This document shows, in pieces, positions 55,416 through 64,000 of a stretch of 64,000 nt of DNA (the first letter of the stretch is position 1; the number at the start of each line of letters is the position of its first letter). A program made the translations under genes and the position numbers. Below the pieces are notes generated by a model, which was not told the DNA's origin, searched no databases, and saw nothing but the letters and a program-made list of their open reading frames with translations. This stretch comes from Enterobacteria phage GiZh. The stretch lies in sequence record NC_054903.1. The stretch is one strand, 5' to 3'.

Positions 55416-56225
55416 ATGCTTAAAGAACAACTGATTGCCGAAGCGCAGAAAATTGATGCTTCCGTTGCTCTTGATAGTATTTTCGAATCAGTTAATATTT
55501 CTCCGGAAGCAAAAGAAACTTTCGGCACTGTATTCGAAGCTACCGTCAAGCAGCACGCCGTTAAATTAGCTGAATCTCATATCGCTAAAATTGCTGAAAA
55601 AGCAGAAGAAGAAGTAGAAAAAAATAAAGAAGAAGCAGAAGAAAAAGCTGAGAAGAAAATCGCTGAGCAAGCTTCTAAATTCCTTGACCATCTTGCAAAA
55701 GAATGGCTCACTGAAAATAAATTAGCAGTAGATAAAGGCATCAAAGCCGAACTGTTTGAATCCATGCTTGGTGGATTAAAAGAGCTCTTTGTTGAACACA
55801 ACGTTGTTGTTCCAGAAGAATCAGTTGATGTTGTAGCTGAAATGGAAGAAGAGCTGCAAGAACATAAAGAAGAATCAGCTCGTCTGTTCGAAGAACTCAA
55901 TAAGCGTGACGCATATATCAATTATGTGCAGCGTGAAGTGGCATTGAGCGAAAGTACTAAAGATCTGACTGAGTCTCAAAAAGAAAAAGTCTCTGCTCTG
56001 GTCGAAGGTATGGATTATTCAGATGCATTCTCAAGTAAATTGAGTGCAATCGTAGAAATGGTGAAGAAATCTAATAAAGATGAAAGCACTATTACTGAGA
56101 GTATAAATACTCCTGATACTGAAGCAGCCGGACTGAATTTCGTCACTGAAGCTGTAGAAGATAAATCTGCATCTGGTGCAGAAGATATTGTAAGTGTATA
56201 TGCGAAAGTCGCATCTCGTTTCTAA
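55416..56225 (+). CDS. 22: gp22 prohead scaffold protein
   Basis: 269 aa, acidic coiled-coil; synteny and length as T4 gp22. Confidence 0.92.
   Translation: MLKEQLIAEAQKIDASVALDSIFESVNISPEAKETFGTVFEATVKQHAVKLAESHIAKIAEKAEEEVEKNKEEAEEKAEKKIAEQASKFLDHLAKEWLTENKLAVDKGIKAELFESMLGGLKELFVEHNVVVPEESVDVVAEMEEELQEHKEESARLFEELNKRDAYINYVQREVALSESTKDLTESQKEKVSALVEGMDYSDAFSSKLSAIVEMVKKSNKDESTITESINTPDTEAAGLNFVTEAVEDKSASGAEDIVSVYAKVASRF
56102..56109 (+). promoter_or_regulatory. candidate late promoter TATAAATA for gene 23 (inside gene 22 coding sequence)
   Basis: Exact octamer ~140 nt upstream of the gene 23 ATG; no octamer in the short 22-23 gap. Confidence 0.45.
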
Positions 56226-56243
56226 TTTTAAAGGTTAACACAA

Positions 56244-57809
56244 ATGACTATCAAAACTAAAGCTGAACTTTTGAACAAATGGAAGCCATTACTGGAAGGT
56301 GAAGGTTTACCGGAAATTGCTAATAGCAAACAAGCGATTATCGCTAAAATCTTTGAAAACCAGGAAAAAGATTTCCAGACAGCTCCGGAATATAAAGACG
56401 AAAAAATTGCTCAGGCATTCGGTTCTTTCTTAACAGAAGCTGAAATCGGTGGTGACCACGGTTATAATGCTACTAACATTGCTGCAGGTCAGACTTCTGG
56501 CGCGGTAACTCAGATTGGCCCAGCTGTTATGGGTATGGTACGTCGTGCTATTCCTAACCTGATTGCTTTCGATATTTGTGGTGTTCAGCCGATGAACAGC
56601 CCGACTGGCCAGGTATTCGCACTGCGCGCAGTATACGGTAAAGACCCAATCGCTTCCGATGCTAAAGAAGCATTCCACCCAATGTATGGTCCAGATGCAA
56701 TGTTCTCTGGTCAGGGTGCTGCTAAGAAATTCCCAGCTCTGGCTGCTAGCACACAAACCACAGTAGGTGATATCTATACTCACTTCTTCCAGGAAACTGG
56801 TACTGTATATCTGCAAGCTTCTGTTCAAGTAACAATCGATGCTGGCGCGACTGATGCTGCTAAATTAGATGCTGAAATTAAGAAACAAATGGAAGCTGGT
56901 GCACTGGTAGAAATCGCTGAAGGTATGGCTACTTCTATCGCTGAACTCCAGGAAGGTTTCAATGGTTCTACCGATAACCCATGGAATGAAATGGGCTTCC
57001 GTATCGATAAACAAGTTATCGAAGCTAAATCTCGTCAGCTGAAAGCTGCTTACTCTATCGAATTAGCACAAGACCTCCGTGCTGTTCACGGTATGGATGC
57101 TGATGCTGAACTGTCTGGTATTCTGGCTACCGAAATTATGCTGGAAATCAACCGCGAAGTTGTTGATTGGATTAACTACTCAGCGCAGGTTGGTAAATCT
57201 GGTATGACCCTGACTCCGGGTTCTAAAGCTGGTGTATTTGACTTCCAGGACCCAATCGATATTCGTGGTGCTCGCTGGGCGGGTGAATCCTTTAAAGCTC
57301 TGTTGTTCCAGATTGACAAAGAAGCAGTTGAAATTGCTCGTCAGACCGGTCGTGGTGAAGGTAACTTCATTATCGCTTCCCGTAACGTAGTTAACGTTCT
57401 GGCTTCAGTTGATACTGGCATTTCTTATGCTGCGCAAGGTCTGGCTACCGGCTTTAACACTGATACTACCAAGTCAGTATTTGCTGGTGTTCTGGGTGGT
57501 AAATACCGTGTATATATCGACCAGTATGCTAAACAGGATTATTTCACTGTAGGTTATAAAGGTCCGAACGAAATGGATGCTGGTATTTACTACGCTCCAT
57601 ATGTAGCTCTGACTCCGCTGCGTGGTTCCGATCCGAAGAACTTCCAACCAGTAATGGGATTCAAAACTCGTTACGGTATCGGTATCAACCCATTTGCAGA
57701 ATCCGCTGCTCAGGCTCCGGCTTCTCGCATCCAGAGCGGTATGCCTTCTATTCTGAATAGCCTTGGTAAAAACGCTTACTTCCGCCGTGTATATGTTAAA
57801 GGTATCTAA
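56244..57809 (+). CDS. 23: gp23 major capsid protein
   Basis: 521 aa; high-GC third-position codon bias typical of a highly expressed gene; synteny and length as T4 gp23. Confidence 0.96.
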   Translation: MTIKTKAELLNKWKPLLEGEGLPEIANSKQAIIAKIFENQEKDFQTAPEYKDEKIAQAFGSFLTEAEIGGDHGYNATNIAAGQTSGAVTQIGPAVMGMVRRAIPNLIAFDICGVQPMNSPTGQVFALRAVYGKDPIASDAKEAFHPMYGPDAMFSGQGAAKKFPALAASTQTTVGDIYTHFFQETGTVYLQASVQVTIDAGATDAAKLDAEIKKQMEAGALVEIAEGMATSIAELQEGFNGSTDNPWNEMGFRIDKQVIEAKSRQLKAAYSIELAQDLRAVHGMDADAELSGILATEIMLEINREVVDWINYSAQVGKSGMTLTPGSKAGVFDFQDPIDIRGARWAGESFKALLFQIDKEAVEIARQTGRGEGNFIIASRNVVNVLASVDTGISYAAQGLATGFNTDTTKSVFAGVLGGKYRVYIDQYAKQDYFTVGYKGPNEMDAGIYYAPYVALTPLRGSDPKNFQPVMGFKTRYGIGINPFAESAAQAPASRIQSGMPSILNSLGKNAYFRRVYVKGI

Positions 57810-57824
57810 TCTTTGACGATTTAA

Positions 57825-57853
57825 GGGACCTTCGGGTCCCTTTAGTTGTTTTT
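57825..57853 (+). terminator. rho-independent terminator after gene 23
   Basis: Stem GGGACC-(TTCG)-GGTCCC followed by TTTAGTTGTTTTT. Confidence 0.8.
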
Positions 57854-57857
57854 ATGG

Positions 57858-57865
57858 TATAAATA
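57858..57865 (+). promoter_or_regulatory. late promoter TATAAATA for gene 24
   Basis: Exact octamer between the gene 23 terminator and the gene 24 ATG. Confidence 0.6.
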
Positions 57866-57892
57866 AATCATATAAACCAAAAGGAAAGCGCA

Positions 57893-59176
57893 ATGGCTAA
57901 AATCAACGAACTTCTGCGCGAATCAACCACAACGAATAGCAACTCAATCGGTCGCCCAAATCTCGTTGCTTTGACTCGCGCTACCACTAAATTAATATAT
58001 TCTGACATTGTAGCAACGCAAAGAACTAATCAACCTGTTGCTGCTTTTTACGGTATCAAATACCTTAACCCAGATAACGAATTTACATTTAAAACTGGTG
58101 CTACTTACGCTGGCGAAGCTGGATACGTAGACCGAGAACAAATCACAGAATTAACAGAAGAGTCTAAATTAACTCTCAATAAAGGCGATTTATTCAAATA
58201 TAATAATATCGTTTATAAAGTATTAGAAGATACACCATTTGCTGATATTGAAGAAAGCGACTTAGAGTTAGCTCTTCAGATTGCAATCGTTCTTTTAAAG
58301 GTTCGTCTATTTTCTGATGCAGCATCAACAAGCAAATTTGAAAGCTCTGATAGCGAAATTGCAGATGCTAGATTCCAGATTAATAAATGGCAAACCGCCG
58401 TTAAATCTCGTAAACTTAAAACTGGTATCACAGTTGAATTAGCACAAGATTTAGAAGCAAATGGATTCGATGCTCCTAATTTCTTGGAAGATTTGCTTGC
58501 AACTGAAATGGCAGATGAAATCAATAAAGATATTCTGCAGTCTTTGATTACAGTATCAAAACGTTATAAAGTTACAGGAATTACTGATACTGGATTCATT
58601 GATTTGAGTTATGCATCTGCACCTGAAGCTGGTCGTTCATTATACCGAATGGTATGTGAAATGGTTTCACATATCCAAAAAGAATCAACTTATACAGCAA
58701 CGTTTTGTGTTGCTTCAGCTCGTGCCGCTGCGATTCTTGCTGCATCAGGTTGGTTAAAACATAAACCAGAAGATGATAAATATCTTTCACAAAATGCCTA
58801 TGGGTTCTTAGCTAATGGTTTACCGCTTTATTGCGATACTAACAGCCCATTAGATTATGTAATCGTTGGCGTAGTAGAAAATATCGGTGAAAAAGAAATT
58901 GTTGGATCAATTTTCTATGCTCCGTATACAGAAGGTCTCGACTTAGATGACCCTGAACATGTTGGTGCATTTAAAGTTGTGGTTGATCCAGAAAGCTTAC
59001 AACCGTCTATCGGTTTATTAGTTAGATATGCTTTATCAGCAAATCCTTATACCGTAGCAAAAGATGAAAAAGAAGCAAGAATAATTGACGGTGGAGACAT
59101 GGATAAAATGGCGGGTCGTTCAGATTTGTCTGTTTTATTAGGTGTTAAATTACCAAAAATTATTATTGATGAATAA
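57893..59176 (+). CDS. 24: gp24 capsid vertex protein
   Basis: 427 aa; paralogous to gp23 in T4; late promoter at 57858-57865; bidirectional terminator follows. Confidence 0.93.
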   Translation: MAKINELLRESTTTNSNSIGRPNLVALTRATTKLIYSDIVATQRTNQPVAAFYGIKYLNPDNEFTFKTGATYAGEAGYVDREQITELTEESKLTLNKGDLFKYNNIVYKVLEDTPFADIEESDLELALQIAIVLLKVRLFSDAASTSKFESSDSEIADARFQINKWQTAVKSRKLKTGITVELAQDLEANGFDAPNFLEDLLATEMADEINKDILQSLITVSKRYKVTGITDTGFIDLSYASAPEAGRSLYRMVCEMVSHIQKESTYTATFCVASARAAAILAASGWLKHKPEDDKYLSQNAYGFLANGLPLYCDTNSPLDYVIVGVVENIGEKEIVGSIFYAPYTEGLDLDDPEHVGAFKVVVDPESLQPSIGLLVRYALSANPYTVAKDEKEARIIDGGDMDKMAGRSDLSVLLGVKLPKIIIDE

Positions 59177-59181
59177 AACAA

Positions 59182-59207
59182 AGGGACCGAAAGGTCCCTT
59201 TTTATTT
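59182..59207. terminator. bidirectional terminator between gene 24 (plus) and rnlB (minus)
   Basis: Stem AGGGACC-(GAAA)-GGTCCCT with T-runs on both sides. Confidence 0.75.
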
Positions 59208-60213
59208 AGCTCACCAACTCAATCCAAGCTGGACGAAGTACATCTTGTACCATTTTAACTAATTCCTTTTTAATCAAAGAAGGATTATCTGCTTGAGTTA
59301 GAGTAATACCTTCACGAGAAGTTTCTTCCAAAATATCTTGAACAGTTAGCCCCATCACCTTTCCAAAATCCTTTGGACCAATTTCGCCAATTTTAGAAAT
59401 AACGTTATTTACGCGGTTTAGTGTAACGTAACAAGCTAAAATTCCAACCAATTTGTTATCAGCTTCTGATAGCTCAACTTTAGCTTTAATAGGCTTATCA
59501 GACTTTTTCTTTTCACTAAATTTAGAGTTCTTGCATTTAATCGCTACACGAGCACCGTTTGGCAGCCATTTAGGGAAACAAGGCTTCAGAACATAACCTT
59601 CTGCAGTATTATCACCAATAACATTAGCATCAAATACACAATTATTTGCTTCGACAAGGTCTTCCGATGCCGTAACGTTATAAGCGGCTAAGACGGAATC
59701 AAGGTCGTTTGGAATCATGATAAGAGCATCAAATGTTCCACGTCCAAGCATTGGTGCCATTTTAAAACCAAACGTATTACAGAAATCTTGCATTTCGTAA
59801 TCACTCATGTAATAAGTATCACCGCTTTCCGTGTTTATGATGATATCGAATACATAGAAATCTTTTTCACCGTAGTCAACACCTTTCTGAATTCCACCAC
59901 CAGCGAATTCACCAAAGACTTGATATGTCACCGGCACTGAAGTTGAAATACTGTCCATGACTTCTTGAACGCCTTTAATAGCTTTATCATACTTTTTGAG
60001 TACTATTTCATAGCCATAAAAATCTTCTGCTGGAAGAATAGGGCCAGTACGTTTAGCGCAAGTTACTTTATCACGCTCAATAATCAATGAGAAATTTGTA
60101 CCATGAATCTTTTCACGAGCTACCCACTCCCCACCAGTCAATCCCAAGCTATAAAGTTTTTCAATAAATTTAGAGTTATAATGATTTTCAAGACTGCTAT
60201 ACTTTTTAAACAT
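59206..60213 (-). CDS. rnlB: RNA ligase 2
   Basis: 335 aa beginning [43 protein letters not shown] with the ligase lysine motif KIHGTN; I recognise this as T4 Rnl2. Confidence 0.95.
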   Translation of the reverse strand: MFKKYSSLENHYNSKFIEKLYSLGLTGGEWVAREKIHGTNFSLIIERDKVTCAKRTGPILPAEDFYGYEIVLKKYDKAIKGVQEVMDSISTSVPVTYQVFGEFAGGGIQKGVDYGEKDFYVFDIIINTESGDTYYMSDYEMQDFCNTFGFKMAPMLGRGTFDALIMIPNDLDSVLAAYNVTASEDLVEANNCVFDANVIGDNTAEGYVLKPCFPKWLPNGARVAIKCKNSKFSEKKKSDKPIKAKVELSEADNKLVGILACYVTLNRVNNVISKIGEIGPKDFGKVMGLTVQDILEETSREGITLTQADNPSLIKKELVKMVQDVLRPAWIELVS

Positions 60214-60222
60214 AATTAATCC

Positions 60223-60501
60223 TCAAAATGTAATTTCTAACCAATCACCATCACGCTGATCACTATTAACTTTAAAGCTGAATCCTTCTTTTCTCAGCCA
60301 ATCACCAATTTCTTCAGTAATCAATTTATCGCGAGCAGTACAATAATAACTAAAATATGTTTTACCTTGTTCAGCTGCTTTATTAGCAAGTTCTGAAAAA
60401 TCTTTAATAAAACACTCTAACTTAAACTGTTTACTTTTTAATGCTTTTTCGCGTAATTGATTAGCAAAAGATTCATTTTCATAAAGATCATACTGTTCCA
60501 T
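60223..60501 (-). CDS. hypothetical protein, 92 aa (T4 24.2 position)
   Basis: ORF track; between rnlB and hoc. Confidence 0.65.
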   Translation of the reverse strand: MEQYDLYENESFANQLREKALKSKQFKLECFIKDFSELANKAAEQGKTYFSYYCTARDKLITEEIGDWLRKEGFSFKVNSDQRDGDWLEITF

Positions 60502-60703
60502 TTTTCACCTTTTTATTGATATGTCTTTTTCTATAGACAACTTTTTCTCGAGTTTCAAATTTATTCTTAGCAGTCATAGCTCGAGCCCATAATACAGCCA
60601 CTTCTTTCGCCTGTAAGTTTAATTCACGAGCAATTTCAATGAATGACTTTCCAGACTCATGAAGAGTAAACACCACAACCTCAGTTCTCATAATCAATCT
60701 CAT
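60488..60703 (-). CDS. hypothetical small basic protein, 71 aa (T4 24.3 position)
   Basis: ORF track; overlaps the downstream gene by 14 nt. Confidence 0.6.
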   Translation of the reverse strand: MRLIMRTEVVVFTLHESGKSFIEIARELNLQAKEVAVLWARAMTAKNKFETREKVVYRKRHINKKVKNGTV

Positions 60704-60756
60704 GTTATCGAGTTGGTGCCATTATATACATCATTTTCTGATTGTGTTTTGTGTGC

Positions 60757-60786
60757 TTTCAAAATGAAGAAAGGGGCCGAAGCCCC
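60757..60786 (-). terminator. rho-independent terminator after hoc
   Basis: Stem GGGGC-(CGAA)-GCCCC followed on the minus strand by UUUCUUCAUUUU. Confidence 0.65.
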
Positions 60787-60792
60787 TTATGA

Positions 60793-61923
60793 TTATGGAT
60801 AGGTATAGATGATACCAGTTTCTAAAGCAGTTTTATGAATGATGTATCCATTACGTGATTCTTGAACATCAACTTCTGGATAGTCTTTCATCATCTTCTG
60901 AAGAGTGTAACGATGCAGGTAGTATTTACTATCTGGGTCTTCAGTTTTCCAATCTTTACCTTCTTCAGTCATTTTTTGAATTTCATCCATAACCCACCAA
61001 CCGCACCAGATGTAAGCTGAGCTACGGTGTGGAAGAGGATGAACATAAGGTAATTCACCTTCTGGTTCTGGAGCAACTTTATCAGTTACCTGAACTTGAC
61101 CTTCTGCCGTAATAGTTTTGCTATCATAATCAGCAGCAGTAACAGTTGCAGTAACTTCAATAGTTTGACTTCCAATAGATGAGGTATCAACGGTATATAC
61201 ATTAGTTGACCCTTCTACAGGAGAAGAATCTTTCTTCCATGAATACGCAATTTGCGCTTCTTCTGGAGCATCAGTGACATTAGCAGTAAATGTAGCCGAA
61301 GCATCTTGTTGAACGTTAATAGAAGGAGGAGTCAATGTAACCTGTGGATTCATTGTCTTCTTATTAACTGTCAATGATACTTCATTAGAAGTAACTTCCT
61401 TTGTATCATAATCTGTCGCGGTTACTTGAGCTACACACTTAATTGTTTTAACTCCGCTTGTGTCAGGAGTGTAATTGAATGTAGCGTCAGTTGCTTCGCT
61501 TACAGGAGAACCGTCAACGTGCCATTGATACGTAGCAGATGCACCTGGCGGCTGTGAATCTAAGGCAGCGGTAAATTGAACGGCTGTTCCGATTACTCCC
61601 TCCGGAGGACTAGCAGGAGTTACGGCTAATGTAGTTGTCTGTGTTTTATTTTGAACCGTGATAGTTGTAGTAGTTTCTGCTGTTTCAGGTTCAGATTCTG
61701 CAACTTGATTGGTTGCAACGACTTTAATAGTCTTTTGACCGGCAGGTCCTTTTAGTACATAACTAAAAGTTGCTGACGTTTCTTCCTGCGGAGCGTCGTC
61801 TACAGTCCAAGCATATGTAATAGGTCCATCTCCAGTTTGACCACTGGGTGTAGCAGTAAACTGCTGAGTCTGATCTATAACTCCAGTAGGTGTTTTAGGA
61901 GTTATATCAACTGTAAAAGCCAT
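60793..61923 (-). CDS. hoc: Hoc, highly immunogenic outer capsid protein
   Basis: 376 aa; repeated Thr/Val-rich Ig-like segments; length and position as T4 Hoc; terminator at 60757-60786. Confidence 0.92.
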   Translation of the reverse strand: MAFTVDITPKTPTGVIDQTQQFTATPSGQTGDGPITYAWTVDDAPQEETSATFSYVLKGPAGQKTIKVVATNQVAESEPETAETTTTITVQNKTQTTTLAVTPASPPEGVIGTAVQFTAALDSQPPGASATYQWHVDGSPVSEATDATFNYTPDTSGVKTIKCVAQVTATDYDTKEVTSNEVSLTVNKKTMNPQVTLTPPSINVQQDASATFTANVTDAPEEAQIAYSWKKDSSPVEGSTNVYTVDTSSIGSQTIEVTATVTAADYDSKTITAEGQVQVTDKVAPEPEGELPYVHPLPHRSSAYIWCGWWVMDEIQKMTEEGKDWKTEDPDSKYYLHRYTLQKMMKDYPEVDVQESRNGYIIHKTALETGIIYTYP

Positions 61924-61932
61924 AAGTTATCC

Positions 61933-62613
61933 TTATTTTAATGTTACGAAAGAAGAATTACGTGTTTCACGAATTAAAACTGATCCGTCACGATTAATGT
62001 AGTAAATTAAGCTAAATAAAGTTTGGTGCGCCGACGCGTGTTCAAAACTAGTTGGGTGAGATTTCCAATCCGGAGTTTCAGCAATCCACTGGTAAATCCA
62101 CCAAGGAACAGTGCAGAATCCTGGATTTTTTCCAATCAGCTGAAGATTCGGACTAAAGTTTTCCGGAAGAGTAAATACAGACGGCTTTTCAGATTCAATA
62201 ATCTCAGCTACAGCCTGCTCGAATTTTTCTTCAACAAAAGGAGTATCTTCAATCAAAACATCGGTATTTTCAGGAATTTTATCCGTTTCTACTACTTCAA
62301 TTTTAATGTCAGATTTAACCGGAGAATCAATCAGAAGTGCTGCTTCTGGATTGACTTCTTCATCGTCATATTTTAATCCGTCTGCAGCATCAGCAGCATC
62401 AATTAAGTCTTTAATAGATAACCCATCAGTCTCTGGCATAGGTTCACTAGCGAGCTTCTGGAGGGCTTCTTCAATATCATTAACGATATTATCAAAAGAT
62501 TTATTCTTTTTGACCTTTATACCAAACTGTTCAGCATATTCAGCTAATTTAGCTTTAGCTTCTTTATTATCATCAAGAGCCTTCAGCTCTGCAATATAAT
62601 CTTTATCTATCAT
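61933..62613 (-). CDS. inh: Inh, capsid-associated inhibitor of gp21 protease
   Basis: 226 aa; length and position as T4 Inh. Confidence 0.85.
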   Translation of the reverse strand: MIDKDYIAELKALDDNKEAKAKLAEYAEQFGIKVKKNKSFDNIVNDIEEALQKLASEPMPETDGLSIKDLIDAADAADGLKYDDEEVNPEAALLIDSPVKSDIKIEVVETDKIPENTDVLIEDTPFVEEKFEQAVAEIIESEKPSVFTLPENFSPNLQLIGKNPGFCTVPWWIYQWIAETPDWKSHPTSFEHASAHQTLFSLIYYINRDGSVLIRETRNSSFVTLK

Positions 62614-62626
62614 AATATTTCCTCAG

Positions 62627-62634
62627 TATAAATA
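62627..62634 (+). promoter_or_regulatory. late promoter TATAAATA for uvsW
   Basis: Exact octamer 30 nt upstream of the uvsW ATG. Confidence 0.6.
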
Positions 62635-62663
62635 TAGATATATTTATTACATGGTATTTAGAC

Positions 62664-64000
62664 ATGACTGACATTAAAGTACATTTTTATGATTTTAGTC
62701 ACGTGAGAATTGATTGTGAAGAAAGTACATTTCATGAACTCCGTGATTTCTTTAGCTTTGAAGCTGATGGGTATCGTTTTAATCCGAAGTACAAATATGG
62801 TCATTGGGATGGACGAATCCGTCTTTTAGATTATAATCGTCTTCTTCCATTCGGCTTAGTCGGGCAAATTAAAAAGTTCTGCGATAACTTTGGCTATAAA
62901 GCCTGGATTGACCCACAGATTAACGAAAAAGAAGAATTATCAAGAAAAGATTTTGATGAATGGCTTTCTAAATTAGAAATCTATTCAGGAAATAAAAGAA
63001 TTGAACCGCATTGGTATCAAAAAGATGCAGTGTTCGAAGGATTAGTTAATCGTCGTAGAATTCTTAATCTTCCAACATCCGCAGGTAAATCTTTAATTCA
63101 AGCTTTGCTCGCTCGGTATTATTTGGAAAATTATGAAGGTAAAATTCTTATCATTGTTCCAACAACTGCTCTGACAACTCAGATGGCTGATGACTTTGTT
63201 GACTATCGTTTATTCAGTCATGCAATGATAAAGAAAATTGGTGGTGGAGCATCAAAAGATGATAAATATAAAAATGATGCGCCAGTTGTTGTTGGTACAT
63301 GGCAAACTGTAGTAAAACAGCCAAAAGAATGGTTCTCACAGTTTGGAATGATGATGAATGATGAATGCCATCTTGCCACAGGAAAAAGTATTTCATCTAT
63401 CATATCAGGTTTAAATAACTGCATGTTCAAATTCGGTTTGTCCGGTTCATTACGTGATGGCAAAGCCAATATCATGCAGTATGTTGGAATGTTTGGTGAA
63501 ATATTTAAGCCAGTAACGACTTCTAAGTTAATGGAAGATGGACAAGTAACTGAGCTAAAAATTAATAGTATTTTTCTTCGCTATCCCGATGAGTTCACTA
63601 CTAAATTAAAGGGAAAAACTTATCAAGAAGAAATAAAAATTATTACTGGGCTTAGTAAAAGAAATAAATGGATCGCTAAATTAGCTATTAAGCTTGCGCA
63701 AAAAGATGAAAACGCTTTTGTCATGTTTAAACATGTATCACATGGTAAAGCTATTTTCGATTTAATTAAAAATGAATACGATAAAGTTTATTACGTATCA
63801 GGGGAAGTTGATACCGAAACCCGCAATATAATGAAAACCTTAGCTGAAAATGGTAAAGGAATAATTATAGTAGCTAGTTATGGTGTATTTTCTACTGGTA
63901 TTTCAGTTAAAAATCTGCATCACGTTGTTTTAGCGCACGGCGTTAAATCAAAAATTATTGTATTACAAACAATCGGTCGTGTATTACGTAAGCATGGTTC
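62664..64000 (+). CDS. uvsW: UvsW helicase, N-terminal ~445 aa (runs off window end)
   Basis: Not in the ORF track (no stop within window). My translation from the ATG at 62664 gives MTDIKVHFYDFSHVRIDCEESTFHELRDFF..., with helicase motif I (NLPTSAGKS) and DECH box (MMMNDECH); late promoter at 62627-62634. Confidence 0.9.
   Translation, partial: MTDIKVHFYDFSHVRIDCEESTFHELRDFFSFEADGYRFNPKYKYGHWDGRIRLLDYNRLLPFGLVGQIKKFCDNFGYKAWIDPQINEKEELSRKDFDEWLSKLEIYSGNKRIEPHWYQKDAVFEGLVNRRRILNLPTSAGKSLIQALLARYYLENYEGKILIIVPTTALTTQMADDFVDYRLFSHAMIKKIGGGASKDDKYKNDAPVVVGTWQTVVKQPKEWFSQFGMMMNDECHLATGKSISSIISGLNNCMFKFGLSGSLRDGKANIMQYVGMFGEIFKPVTTSKLMEDGQVTELKINSIFLRYPDEFTTKLKGKTYQEEIKIITGLSKRNKWIAKLAIKLAQKDENAFVMFKHVSHGKAIFDLIKNEYDKVYYVSGEVDTETRNIMKTLAENGKGIIIVASYGVFSTGISVKNLHHVVLAHGVKSKIIVLQTIGRVLRKHG

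Noticed and set aside
62023-63475. ORFs 62023..62376 (+), 62306..62599 (+), 63214..63396 (-) and 63218..63475 (-).
   Set aside because: Antisense or out-of-frame overlaps of inh and of the uvsW reading frame, which is the real gene but absent from the ORF track because it has no stop inside the window.

Overview
This window reads as a T-even (T4-like) myovirus genome segment, colinear with the T4 map; I found no convincing evidence of a wholly new multi-gene system. Identification rests on protein sequences I recognise in the ORF track (lysozyme e, endonuclease V, RI, thymidine kinase, gp5, gp11, gp20, Rnl2, gp57A, dNMP kinase, UvsW N-terminus) and on gene order and lengths matching T4 as I remember it; no database search was run. 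Layout: 1-29.2 kb is minus-strand early/hyperplastic DNA (nrdC 5' end, an nrdC-to-rI block of hypothetical genes, rI, tk, a macro-domain gene, an SLT transglycosylase, regB, a GrcA-like gene, denV, e, nudE, small membrane-protein genes, a cluster of 10 tRNA genes, internal-protein-like genes, 57B, 57A, 1, 3, 2, 4). 29.2-59.2 kb is the plus-strand late morphogenesis block 53, 5, 5.4, 6-12, wac, 13-24 with no inserted genes. 59.2-62.6 kb is rnlB, two small ORFs, hoc and inh on the minus strand, then the 5' 1.3 kb of uvsW on the plus strand. It is probably not T4 itself: lysozyme differs at a few residues, there are 10 tRNAs rather than the 8 I recall for T4, and no homing-endonuclease-sized ORFs sit at the mobD, segB, segD or segE positions (all from memory). 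No CRISPR array, integrase or transposase was seen. The ORF track uses TTG/GTG starts in several places; I re-set those starts to in-frame ATG codons with a Shine-Dalgarno match. The best candidates for undescribed biology are in the hyperplastic early regions: an AAA+ ATPase plus nucleotidyltransferase-fold gene pair, four tandem coiled-coil paralogs, a macro-domain protein, four internal-protein-like genes, and the expanded tRNA set. Thirteen copies of a stereotyped early promoter/stem-loop element punctuate these regions.
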